Source of the DNA: Oligoflexia bacterium
GTDB lineage: Bacteria; Bdellovibrionota; UBA1018
Reading direction: 5' to 3'
DNA: 64,000 nucleotides
Assembly (NCBI GenBank): GCA_963758495.1
Contig: CAVWVI010000001.1
Coordinates: 514,264-578,263 of the forward strand
Shown: positions 1-9,865 of the stretch, piece by piece
How positions within the stretch are numbered: position 1 is the first letter of the stretch
Layout: each line of letters opens with the position of its first letter
The notes under the pieces: generated by a model
Databases searched by the model: none
Told to the model about the DNA's origin: nothing
Seen by the model: the letters and a program-made list of their open reading frames with translations, nothing else
Made by a program: the position numbers and the translations under genes

Positions 1-2
1 AA

Positions 3-263
3 CTCACTGTAAAATGTTATCGTAACCTTAACCTACTCGCCCATGCTCAACTGGAAGAAGTAGAAATAGGAAGCCGTTGCGGTGGACATGGCATTTGCGG
101 CGGTGACAAAATCCATATCAATGGAAAACCAGGAGAAATTTCTGCAGTCACTGATATTGAAAGAAGTCACCTCACCTCCGATGAAATTAACTCAGGCTGG
201 CGGTTAGGATGTCAATGCTGGCCAAACCAAGACGACTTAGACTTTGAAGTTTCTGTGGATTAG
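3..263 (+). CDS. 2Fe-2S ferredoxin-like protein, 5'-partial (runs off window start)
   Basis: Manual translation of frame 3: ...GSRCGGHGICGGDKI...ERSHL...GWRLGCQC...*; stop TAG at 261-263. Not in the ORF track. Confidence 0.8.
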   Translation, partial: LTVKCYRNLNLLAHAQLEEVEIGSRCGGHGICGGDKIHINGKPGEISAVTDIERSHLTSDEINSGWRLGCQCWPNQDDLDFEVSVD

Positions 264-278
264 GTCAGTCTATCGCTT

Positions 279-542
279 TTATAACCCAGACCTTCCAGTC
301 CTGAGTGCACGAAAACATTCTTGTTGAATTTGCTCAAGTGGATGAACTCCCTCTTCGTATTCATTCACGATCTCGGAAGGCGCAAAAGGATGATCCTGAC
401 TTAATAATACCCGCACAATCTGTCTTTGACTCCCGTTATCCTGAGACAGAGTCGACGACTGGAGAACTTCTAAAACAAGTTGACCTTCCCAGCCGTTTGC
501 TTGAAGGAGATCATAAATTTCGTCTAAAAAGCTCATTCTCAT
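279..542 (-). CDS. Hypothetical protein (87 aa)
   Basis: ORF with ATGA-type overlap with the stop of the upstream PP2C gene; no recognised motif. Confidence 0.5.
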   Translation of the reverse strand: MRMSFLDEIYDLLQANGWEGQLVLEVLQSSTLSQDNGSQRQIVRVLLSQDHPFAPSEIVNEYEEGVHPLEQIQQECFRALRTGRSGL

Positions 543-2422
543 GTGATCTCTTCCCTCTCTTTAAAAGTAGCCTTCTTAGGAATAGTCATCACTCCTACAG
601 TCAAATCATCAGGTAAATTTTGACCGGCGTCTCCTAAAAAGTCTTTTATTTTTCCAATGACCTCAAATGAAATATGGATCGCTTGCCCATCACACTGTTT
701 ATAGAGCTCTGATATGAACTCAAATAACTTCATACTTCTTAAAACTTCCGCCTTGGCGTTTGAGACTTTCAACAGACCAGGCGAATACCAAAAAATCAGA
801 TCACCCGGCTTGAGTTGATAGGAATCTACTTCAACTTTTAAAGCATTACTTCCACCTAAGGGTGGATGACTTTTTAAATTAAGAGGCTCAAAGTGATCAG
901 CAGGATCACGCGAATTTCCTCCTAACTCTATGCGGTGCAAATAAGGAACAGGAAAGGAGGAGTTCACTATTTGAATCTCACCCGTATAAGTATCTATGAG
1001 TGAAATAAAGCAACTCATTTTTTTCCTGCCTTGAGTGGCCTCATAAATCACTCCATTCAAATATTGCACCAAAATTTTTAATTCCGGTGCCTTTTGGAAG
1101 GGAACAAGCTGAGTTAGCATTCCGAAGGAGCTTATGGCTCCATGAGCTGCCGCAGTTAACATGGCCGAAGATAAACCGACGCCATCTGCCTTACCCATCA
1201 TAAAAATGACATATTCACCGATTTTCTGATAATGCCACCAATCACCCCCAAACAAGCTAGCTTGAATGGATCGGGCTGAAAAGCTAATTTGTGATTGATC
1301 AAGGGACTGATGAGGAATAAAATGAGCATTCACATTCGAAAGGATTTCCCTTTCTTGTTTGGCCTCAATATTATTTGATGATTCACTCACAATTTGATCG
1401 ATTTTTTCGGCCATTAAATTGAAAGAAGTGGCCAAAGTTCCAATCTCATCCTCTCCCATTCCTTTTGTATCGATTCGAGATGAGAAATCTCCTTGACTCA
1501 CTTTCTTAATGATCGATGCCATTGCCCTTAATCCTTGCGTCACTGGCTTAATCAATACAAGCATGAAACCAATTGAAATTAAAATAACACTGACACCTAA
1601 TAAGATAGTGCGCGCAAAAAATGCTTGAATAGCGCCAAATGCAATCTTATCAGGGATCAGTCCTACTACCGTAAGCTCTTTTACATTTAAACGGCGAAAA
1701 GCCATCAAAAAATATTCGCTTTTAGATGACCATTTTTTTACACCATGAAATATCTTTTCATCTAGGATTGAGTTAAGAAGGTCTTTCATTTCCGACCCAG
1801 TAATTCCACGACTCTCTGAGTTGTTTACAAAGAGAGGATTTCCAAGTGAGTCTAAAAGATAGATTTGAAACTCTGTAGAGATCTCCGGTAAATTAAGATC
1901 GGGTGAAGCTAAAAAGAAATACGCAGTTCCTCCTCCTTTTGGATTGCGAATTAAAGTTCCAATAGCAAGATCTCCAGAGGTCGCTTTTCCAACCAAAACG
2001 GGATCATTAAGATATCGAATATGGTCCCATCCCAATTGATCTAAATAGTGAAGGAGAGATACATCATCACCTTCCAATGGTGCCAACTTTTTAAAACTCC
2101 CATCTTTTGAAAGATCCATAACCAAAAAACGCTTTAACTTCAGTTTTTTTGAATAATCAGTAAATATGTTTTTAACGCCGTCCCAATCCGATTTGATGGC
2201 CTTTGTTTGAATTAATTGAGCTATAAGCAAAATATTTTGTATCTGATTATCTACAGCATTCGATGCCAATGTAACTTGAGTCAAATTATAGTCCATTAAA
2301 TAGGAACCTTTATCATCCATAAAAACAGAAATATTCATGGCAAGGACAGATGCCAATCCAATGATAAAAGCTGCCGTCATGAGCACAATAATTTTAGTTC
2401 GAACTGAAATCGAGTTCATCAC
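539..2422 (-). CDS. Membrane sensor with HAMP and SpoIIE/PP2C-like phosphatase domain (degenerate active site)
   Basis: Two TM segments, HAMP (GDFSSRI...DEIGTLATSFNLM), PP2C motifs GGDWW, LKPGD, DDLT. Confidence 0.8.
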   Translation of the reverse strand: MMNSISVRTKIIVLMTAAFIIGLASVLAMNISVFMDDKGSYLMDYNLTQVTLASNAVDNQIQNILLIAQLIQTKAIKSDWDGVKNIFTDYSKKLKLKRFLVMDLSKDGSFKKLAPLEGDDVSLLHYLDQLGWDHIRYLNDPVLVGKATSGDLAIGTLIRNPKGGGTAYFFLASPDLNLPEISTEFQIYLLDSLGNPLFVNNSESRGITGSEMKDLLNSILDEKIFHGVKKWSSKSEYFLMAFRRLNVKELTVVGLIPDKIAFGAIQAFFARTILLGVSVILISIGFMLVLIKPVTQGLRAMASIIKKVSQGDFSSRIDTKGMGEDEIGTLATSFNLMAEKIDQIVSESSNNIEAKQEREILSNVNAHFIPHQSLDQSQISFSARSIQASLFGGDWWHYQKIGEYVIFMMGKADGVGLSSAMLTAAAHGAISSFGMLTQLVPFQKAPELKILVQYLNGVIYEATQGRKKMSCFISLIDTYTGEIQIVNSSFPVPYLHRIELGGNSRDPADHFEPLNLKSHPPLGGSNALKVEVDSYQLKPGDLIFWYSPGLLKVSNAKAEVLRSMKLFEFISELYKQCDGQAIHISFEVIGKIKDFLGDAGQNLPDDLTVGVMTIPKKATFKEREEIT

Positions 2423-2512
2423 TCTCTTCTTATCGAATATTTATGAATTTAATTGAACTTCCGATAATTAAAATAAGGTCTAAACAGATGAACCTAATGG
2501 AATTACTTACGG

Positions 2513-3625
2513 ATGAGCAGAACTAAAACCAAAATTCGGTATGTAAATACCCGATTTTCTTCAGAATGGATCCTCGCTGGAGTCTGTATCATTTTGGGCA
2601 TGATTGGGCTTCAATTCTCTTATAATTTTCGCTTTCTGAATTATATTATGCACACCCATGAAATTTCGACATCTATAGGAACAGTTGTCAAAATAGATGG
2701 ACAAATCCAATATGAAAGGAAAAACCATAGCGCACCGCAATACACTCATCATTCTACGACCATTTTTAATGGTAATTCTATTCTAACCGGAGAAAAAGGT
2801 GTTGCTCTTTTTACATTAAAGATGGGAGCCCAACTTAAACTTTTTCCAAAAACTAAATTATCTATTTCCGTTGAATCAGATACCCAACCGGACGACATGA
2901 CTTTAGGGAGCTTCCTAAATCCATGGTTTTCTGAATCCTTGAAGCCTGGTTTTATTTTAAACCTTCAAGAAGGTACTGTAGAAATCAGCTTGAATGAAAA
3001 ATTAAAAAATTTTAAAATCTTGGCAAAATCTTTACCATTTGAATTTTGGAACGACAACCCTACTGGAATCATAAAATTAGAAGTCAAGCCAGATCAGGTA
3101 AATCCCGTCATCGTAATGACCCCTAACAATATAAGTAAATTACAATTGAAATTTCACCCTCAAAAACCACCTGTTTTGATTAGTGCTAATAGAAAATGGT
3201 CAGTCATGCAAAATGGAGCAAAATTAGAACTCGTTACTGAAGAATTAAGCAATGATTCATTAGACATTTCTAATAAAAAAACCATGACTCCCTTTATTCC
3301 AGACATTCTTGGTCCCACACAAGGAGCTCGATTTATTTCAGACATCAACGAAAAAGAAGAAGTCATTCTTCGCTGGAAACAAATTCCAAGTGATCTGACA
3401 TCAGAAGTAGAAGTTCGACGCTTCGATGATCCTGACTTTAAAGCAAGTCCACAAGTGATGCGTTCAGGTGCAACAGTGAGCCTCCCTGATGGAACTTACA
3501 ATTGGAAAATACGCACTACTAACACAAACAATCAACGATCAGAATGGTCGCCGACCCATGAGTTTACTATTCAGGAGTCCACTCGGGGTTCTATCCCGCG
3601 AACTCTTTTACAACCTACAAACTAA
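2513..3625 (+). CDS. FecR-like domain membrane protein with C-terminal Ig/FN3-like domain
   Basis: N-terminal TM; FecR-like pattern (GNSILTGEKGVA...LFPKTKL...LQEGTV); C-terminal DGTYNWKIR...SEWS. Confidence 0.6.
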   Translation: MSRTKTKIRYVNTRFSSEWILAGVCIILGMIGLQFSYNFRFLNYIMHTHEISTSIGTVVKIDGQIQYERKNHSAPQYTHHSTTIFNGNSILTGEKGVALFTLKMGAQLKLFPKTKLSISVESDTQPDDMTLGSFLNPWFSESLKPGFILNLQEGTVEISLNEKLKNFKILAKSLPFEFWNDNPTGIIKLEVKPDQVNPVIVMTPNNISKLQLKFHPQKPPVLISANRKWSVMQNGAKLELVTEELSNDSLDISNKKTMTPFIPDILGPTQGARFISDINEKEEVILRWKQIPSDLTSEVEVRRFDDPDFKASPQVMRSGATVSLPDGTYNWKIRTTNTNNQRSEWSPTHEFTIQESTRGSIPRTLLQPTN

Positions 3626-5088
3626 GTTTTATTTATGAGCACTAGACCTGAATCTCTCCACTCGTAAAGTTCAGAAATCCGCGTCTCGGAATGAGGATCT
3701 GGCGAGGACTTTGGACGAATCCAAGCAAAGCATTTTCGGCCATAGGGTTTTGTACATTCTACATCATGGAAGGCTGGCGACCAAGTGCCTGTATTAATCA
3801 CTTCTATGCCATCGACAACTTTATGATTCTCAAAATGTGTATGACCTTGCACTATTCTCTTCACATTTACAATGCGAGCACATAAAGGCGCAAGTTCCGC
3901 AGCTGCATTTTGCGTCTCTTCTACTTCTGACTGAACCGATCTTGAATAAAATATAAAAATGGGAATTAATAATACTAATGGAATAACAAACCCCCATACT
4001 GAAACGTGAGCAAAAATATTTAGGAAAGAAAATATTTGAAAACTTCCAAATAAAATTAAAACTAAAAATATCGCCCGATCTAACCAGAGCTCCCTTAAAA
4101 TTTTAATTGGATTGAAAATGGCAGGATGAACATGAACTGCTTTTAACGCTAGGACAATCGATACGGTTGCATTAGCTCTTGCCGCAATATCTTTGATTCG
4201 AGCATCTACTGTCAGTGGATCTCGCATAGGAGGTAAAAAGCCTTCCATAAGAGAATAAATCAAAGTCACTAAAGCACTCCAAAACCAAGTCCACAAAAGA
4301 AAGGGTTGAGTTCTCATCATATATTTATAATAAAATCCGACGTATTCCCATACCGAATTTTTTATGTAACTATCCGTAGCATGTGGATTCATCAATCCCA
4401 TACCATTGATCATGTATTTCCCAGCCAAATTCCCGAACGGAAGTCTCACTTTTATTCTTGAGCCCTTCTTGATTAAGGGGTGAATGGGATTGGAACAAAG
4501 ACAATAAGCATCATATTGATTTCCGTGCTCTATTAACGTGTCTTGGTTGCTAATATAAAACCATTCACAAAATCTAACAGACTCGGCCCTATCCATTGGA
4601 AGCTTTAATCTATTTAATAGATCTTCCTGCACCGTGGGCCAATGCAGCTCCATGTCATGATTACCAATTACAAAAACAACCCGATTTCCTGCTATAATAA
4701 ACTTCCGTAATGTATCAACCCAGCCAGGATGAGTATCCAGAATCACACCCATTTTATACCTTGATTTCTCTTCCTCAGAAGAGAGCCCCCTAACGCGTTC
4801 AAGCCAATTCACGCGAGTATGGAATTTTTCAGGTATCTTCATAATTGAGTCAAAATCAAAAATGTCACCATTTAAAACCAACTCCACTGAAGAGACTGCT
4901 TGCTTGGAAATGTAATTAATTAACGATTCAAAATGTGAATCCGTAAAATGCTCTGGTCGCTTAAATCGTTTCCATAACAAATTCCGAGGATGTTCCTCTT
5001 CCGAATCCGCGAGATGAATATCACTGATCACGACTGTCTGCTTTGCGGTTGTGAAGTCTTGCATTTTCAATGGTAAGCAGTACCTCAT
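3622..5088 (-). CDS. Calcineurin-like metallophosphoesterase with TM segments
   Basis: Motifs ISDIH, LNGDIFD, GNHD, EHGNQYD, GHTH, NTGTW. Confidence 0.85.
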   Translation of the reverse strand: MRYCLPLKMQDFTTAKQTVVISDIHLADSEEEHPRNLLWKRFKRPEHFTDSHFESLINYISKQAVSSVELVLNGDIFDFDSIMKIPEKFHTRVNWLERVRGLSSEEEKSRYKMGVILDTHPGWVDTLRKFIIAGNRVVFVIGNHDMELHWPTVQEDLLNRLKLPMDRAESVRFCEWFYISNQDTLIEHGNQYDAYCLCSNPIHPLIKKGSRIKVRLPFGNLAGKYMINGMGLMNPHATDSYIKNSVWEYVGFYYKYMMRTQPFLLWTWFWSALVTLIYSLMEGFLPPMRDPLTVDARIKDIAARANATVSIVLALKAVHVHPAIFNPIKILRELWLDRAIFLVLILFGSFQIFSFLNIFAHVSVWGFVIPLVLLIPIFIFYSRSVQSEVEETQNAAAELAPLCARIVNVKRIVQGHTHFENHKVVDGIEVINTGTWSPAFHDVECTKPYGRKCFAWIRPKSSPDPHSETRISELYEWRDSGLVLINKT

Positions 5089-5132
5089 TCAAAAAAAACA
5101 GGATAGGGTTCTAAATAAATTTCCAAAAATTC

Positions 5133-6797
5133 TTAAGGCATTAACTTAGGGAGGACCTCTAACACTTTCTTAAAAGCGCTGAATTTTAAATATTTATGAT
5201 TTTGAACTAAAAATCTATCTATAGTTTCCCGGTCTAGAACTAAATCCTGAGAGTTCCTTTCAAACATGAAGCTCACCAAATCATGAGCAACAATAAAAAG
5301 CGCCGACAAAGGCGATATTCGAGAATGCGTTATATTTTTGGGAAACCCACTGCCGTCAGGTCGCTCATGATGCTGCGCAATAATCACATCAACATCAGGG
5401 GGAATTTCAGTAAAATGACGCGCAATAGCAGCCGAAACCATAGGATGATCACGATAAGCCTCTAATTCCTCTTTAGAAAACTGAGCTTCTTTATCCTTCA
5501 ATTCCTTAGAAGATTGGATGGTTGCCAGCACATGATTCGTTAACATAATGTCATGTAGAAAAGATGCAAATATTATTTTTTGATAGGTCGACTCAGAAGT
5601 CCACTCCATCTGCACCGCTAAAGCACACCCAATATAAGCCAACAAAAAACTATGATTTGTTACGTACTTTTCTTTTTCTCTTCGAAACTTTGCGAGTAGA
5701 AGCGAAAGCTTAGGGGTGCTTTTAATTGTTTTAACCGTCATCATAACATTTTTTTTTGTCACGTCCTGAACGGCTTTATTAAAACCAAACCTACGGCTTG
5801 CCTCCTGGATCAGCTCCAAATCAGGACCTAGTTCATTTTCTAATTGCTTGGTTAAAAGAAGACGTATCTTTTCATCTTCTTTAATCTTATTTGCCTCATC
5901 TAATTTTCGTTGTGTATCTCGCGCAGTGGCAATTCGGTCGGCTTCAATTTTTCTAGCGGTATTTTCATTCGTTCGTTCCTGAAGCATGTTAGCTTTATTC
6001 TTCTCCACTGTTTCGTCCGGTGTCCTTAAGTTCTTAGGTGAATTCTTAGGTTCAGTCGAGGTCTCGGAGCGCTTCTTAAGATCAATAACTTCTACCTGTT
6101 CAGGTGAGGATTTTTTCTGCTGTTTGGTGGGACTCGATCCCCATTCAAGGAGTTGATCCGTTCCCTTCTCCATAGCTACTGTAGGATCTGGTAATATTTT
6201 TTCTAAGATCTTAATCGCAAAATCAAGGCAACTTTTTCTTTTAATATAAAAATGTTCAATTTTCTTTTTTTCTACGTAAGAATTTAAATCTGCAGCAGTA
6301 AAATAGTCGTCTTTTTTCATGATCCGAACGTATTTATCATCGGACAACTTAACATAAAGATTATCCTTCAGCGGACTAGCAAGTAAAAGAAGATTTGATT
6401 TCAACTCACATAAAAATGGTTCTTCCAATGAAATTACTTTTTCAGCCTTTTTGAAAGCTTCCTCTACAAGAGACTTCAGAGCAGGAATAATTAAAACATT
6501 CCTGCAGATCAGTATTCTTACACTTACATGATTCAGTACCGATTTAGGAGCAGGTACTGGGACATTACATAAAAAACAAATATTCATTTTAATAAATAAA
6601 GCATGTGAAATGAGTTGTTTTGAAAAATCATTCAAATCACCAACAACTATTTCTATTTTTAATTCTTCATTGGATAAGATGGAAATAGCTTGCGATAAAG
6701 AAGCAGCCGCATGTACCTCTATACCAAAATGATTCCCTAAAAAGAACGATATACAATCGATAGCTTCTTGTTTTTCAAAAAGAACCAGAACCTGCAT
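5133..6797 (-). CDS. HD-GYP-type domain protein with degenerate N-terminal receiver-like domain
   Basis: FLHDI and HHERPDGSGFP motifs; receiver-like N-terminus. Confidence 0.8.
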   Translation of the reverse strand: MQVLVLFEKQEAIDCISFFLGNHFGIEVHAAASLSQAISILSNEELKIEIVVGDLNDFSKQLISHALFIKMNICFLCNVPVPAPKSVLNHVSVRILICRNVLIIPALKSLVEEAFKKAEKVISLEEPFLCELKSNLLLLASPLKDNLYVKLSDDKYVRIMKKDDYFTAADLNSYVEKKKIEHFYIKRKSCLDFAIKILEKILPDPTVAMEKGTDQLLEWGSSPTKQQKKSSPEQVEVIDLKKRSETSTEPKNSPKNLRTPDETVEKNKANMLQERTNENTARKIEADRIATARDTQRKLDEANKIKEDEKIRLLLTKQLENELGPDLELIQEASRRFGFNKAVQDVTKKNVMMTVKTIKSTPKLSLLLAKFRREKEKYVTNHSFLLAYIGCALAVQMEWTSESTYQKIIFASFLHDIMLTNHVLATIQSSKELKDKEAQFSKEELEAYRDHPMVSAAIARHFTEIPPDVDVIIAQHHERPDGSGFPKNITHSRISPLSALFIVAHDLVSFMFERNSQDLVLDRETIDRFLVQNHKYLKFSAFKKVLEVLPKLMP

Positions 6798-6949
6798 TTT
6801 TTAATTTCGACAAAAACTTGACATCATTCAATTCTTTTGCCCAATTCTTTTGCCGTCCTTCACTTTTAATCTTAAGCTGTCGCGACATAGTTTGCATATA
6901 AAATTTGCAACCGACCTCGGTCGTGCACTTAGTCATAATATTATGACTC

Positions 6950-9865
6950 CTACTCACTGACTTTTGATCCCTCAGGACATTGTCCTTGAAACTCACAGAC
7001 TCGACAGAGAGGACCTGGTTTTGGTTTTCCTGGTGCACCATCTATAATATTAATAGAACAATCAACTAAGGCTTTGATATCTATTTTCCCTAAAGGAACA
7101 GGAACCGTTTGAACAGTATGGGAGGAAATATTGACCAAAAGCGGCTCAATCTGATTGAGCTGAATATTCTGATCCAAAGCTGTGAGTGCCCAAGAATAAA
7201 GTTCAATTTGAGTTTGATAGGCCTCCAAAAGCACCTCCACAGATTTAGGTCGACCTGTTACTTTAAAATCAATCAGAAAATAACGAGAAGAACTCCCTTC
7301 TGTGACACACACCAATCGATCTATAGAACCGACCAAAACCTCACGACCTAAGGGTACTTCAAAATTGAGTTCGGTCCAAACATCTCTTCCTCTTTTAGGA
7401 TTCGCTGGCGCCATCCACTCGGAACTCAGTGCCCAACTCATCACAGGTTCCGCTAAAAACCTTGATGATCCCACTTCTTCTTCTAATGCTTTTAATCCCT
7501 CAAAATTCCCATGTTCTAAACACTGATGAACTCTGGAACCTAGCTCTTGATGACTGAGTTGGTTCTCTAAAAGCGTGGGAACTTTCTCTCCTGTCAGGAG
7601 TCCCGCTTCTGGAGTCCCTTTCACCACAGGGATGGGGCGAATAAAGGTCCATTCATAGGCGCGAGGACAACGAGAAAGAAGAGTCCACTCAGTTACACTA
7701 TGACGAGCTCGCATCCACTTTTGACTGGTCGAACCGTGTCGGGATATCCACTTTTGTTCCAGACTCACGTTTTGAGGTACAGGGGAGGACAACTGAACTC
7801 GACTTTCCCTTTTTGCTTGCGGTAATTCAATTCCACAACACTCGATCCATGCCCGCCAATGATCTTGATGATATGCGAGGTTGGGTTCAGAGGAACTGAA
7901 TTCCTTTTTGGATTGTGGGGGCTCAGGAAGTTCGGGACAAACGAGTATCAATCGTTCACGAGCACGTGTTAATGCAACGTAAAAAAGCCTTTTACACTCC
8001 GCCAAGTTTTTTTTCTTCTCGATTTCTCGCCAATTTGCCTCAACGGGGTGATCTTTTTCTCTTTCCCCATGATTGTCTCGAGTTCCTAAATATGCGCCCT
8101 GAGTCCGATCCCAAAAAAGCAAAGGACTATCAGAGGCTCTTCCTTTGGCACCCAGATCAATTAAAATCACATGGGGAAACTCGAGCCCTTTGGAACCATG
8201 AAGAGTGAGAATAGAAAGCTGACCTAGATTTCGAGGAGCAGGGACTTCTCTTTCTCGTCGATTTTCTTGAATTGCATTTGAGAGAGAAATCACCACTCCA
8301 TGAAAGTCAAGACCTCGTGAAGATAACTCCTCTGCTCGATGCCACAGGCCTAAAAGAGGAGCTCCTAGCTCATCTTCTATTTGTTGATTCATCAATAAAG
8401 CCATCAACAATTCGCCTGGTCGAACAACACGATTCATAAATAATTTGAGTTGTTGTGCCATCGGATGATCAGAAGAAAAGAACGAACTCCGCCAAGTAGG
8501 ATCTTCTTTTATCCAACGATCTAAATCAAGATCAGATATCCCCATCCAGGGAGCCCGTAAAAAAACTGCACCCGAGAGGGCATTTCCTGGATTATCCCAC
8601 CATTTTAAAAATGCTACCAGTTCGCGAACTCGAGGCTCTTCCCAAAATAGACCTCCACTGCCAATTGCAATCGGAATACCAGAAGCAGTGAGTGCCTTAA
8701 ACCATTTCTCATTGCCTCGAATCTTTCGAACCAAGAGCGCCATATCATGAAGAGGAACTCCTCGAGCCACTTCTTGCTGAATCCAGGTTCCTAATTCAAC
8801 AGGATTTTGCACATCCAGTCGAATCACGGTCTCTTGTTCCGGCATTTGTTCACGCTTTGGAACAAGTGCCTCAAATTTCATCTCTGAGGCAAGGAAAGCC
8901 TTCTCACAAAGTTGGTTAGCAAATTGAATAATTCCAGAAAGACTTCTAAAATTCCACGTGAGAGATTGTTGAATAGGTAATCGAGAACAATATTCCTCAA
9001 ATACGCTCACATCTGCATCTCTAAAACGGTAGATGGATTGTTTTGGATCTCCAACTACACACAGATTAGAAGCATCCGCGCGCGCCAATCTCCAGATAAT
9101 TTTAGCTTGGAGTGGATTTGTATCTTGAAATTCATCTACCAAAATCAATTCAAATCGGCGTTGATAGGCTTCACTCACCTCCCGACTTTCCAATGCTCGG
9201 TCAGCGCCTCGCTCAAGGTCATTAAAATCTATTGAACCTTGTCTTCGTTTGAGTCGAGTGTAACGCTCCATCACATAGCCCGCAACGGATTGGAGAGCTT
9301 GAGCGCTAGGATCTTCTGAAGACCTTAAAGAACTGAGCACATCAAATGAAAAGAGTTCCCGAATCCGTTTGAGTAGTCCCGCAAGAGCATCACGTGATTC
9401 ACGGTTTAATAAACTCTCAAGATGAACTCTGATTGCATCAGGAAGATCTTCCAACCAAATCGCATCAATCGCACGTTCCCAGAGTAATTGAGCATCCGCA
9501 TCAGCCAGTACCGTTTCCTCACCATCAAACCCAGCTTCTCGCGGATACTCCCGAATAATTGCGCCGCATAATCCATGGATGGTCATTACCCAATGCTGAT
9601 GTAATGCACCTGGCTCTTCTAATTTAAAGAGTGCCTGAGAGAGTTTCGCGCGAAGATCACTAGCCGATCGTTCAGTAAATGACACGGCGGCAAATCGTGC
9701 TTTCGAATTCAATTGTACGAGCCTTGCACATTTGGCAACCAGCGTTGTAGTTTTCCCAGAGCCTGCGCCTGCTAATACAGCCATGCCCTTTCCCCAGGTT
9801 TCAATGACTCTTTGTTGCTCAGGGGATAAAGACGTTTTCTGTTCTTCACTCACCGGAACCCTCAC
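6950..9865 (-). CDS. addA: ATP-dependent helicase/nuclease subunit A (UvrD-like + PD-(D/E)XK); start probably GTG 9853
   Basis: AGAGSGKT, VDEFQDTN, VGDPKQSIYRFR, HGSKGLEF, YVALTRA, GSIDRL...IDFK, C-terminal Cys motif. Confidence 0.9.
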   Translation of the reverse strand: MRVPVSEEQKTSLSPEQQRVIETWGKGMAVLAGAGSGKTTTLVAKCARLVQLNSKARFAAVSFTERSASDLRAKLSQALFKLEEPGALHQHWVMTIHGLCGAIIREYPREAGFDGEETVLADADAQLLWERAIDAIWLEDLPDAIRVHLESLLNRESRDALAGLLKRIRELFSFDVLSSLRSSEDPSAQALQSVAGYVMERYTRLKRRQGSIDFNDLERGADRALESREVSEAYQRRFELILVDEFQDTNPLQAKIIWRLARADASNLCVVGDPKQSIYRFRDADVSVFEEYCSRLPIQQSLTWNFRSLSGIIQFANQLCEKAFLASEMKFEALVPKREQMPEQETVIRLDVQNPVELGTWIQQEVARGVPLHDMALLVRKIRGNEKWFKALTASGIPIAIGSGGLFWEEPRVRELVAFLKWWDNPGNALSGAVFLRAPWMGISDLDLDRWIKEDPTWRSSFFSSDHPMAQQLKLFMNRVVRPGELLMALLMNQQIEDELGAPLLGLWHRAEELSSRGLDFHGVVISLSNAIQENRREREVPAPRNLGQLSILTLHGSKGLEFPHVILIDLGAKGRASDSPLLFWDRTQGAYLGTRDNHGEREKDHPVEANWREIEKKKNLAECKRLFYVALTRARERLILVCPELPEPPQSKKEFSSSEPNLAYHQDHWRAWIECCGIELPQAKRESRVQLSSPVPQNVSLEQKWISRHGSTSQKWMRARHSVTEWTLLSRCPRAYEWTFIRPIPVVKGTPEAGLLTGEKVPTLLENQLSHQELGSRVHQCLEHGNFEGLKALEEEVGSSRFLAEPVMSWALSSEWMAPANPKRGRDVWTELNFEVPLGREVLVGSIDRLVCVTEGSSSRYFLIDFKVTGRPKSVEVLLEAYQTQIELYSWALTALDQNIQLNQIEPLLVNISSHTVQTVPVPLGKIDIKALVDCSINIIDGAPGKPKPGPLCRVCEFQGQCPEGSKVSE

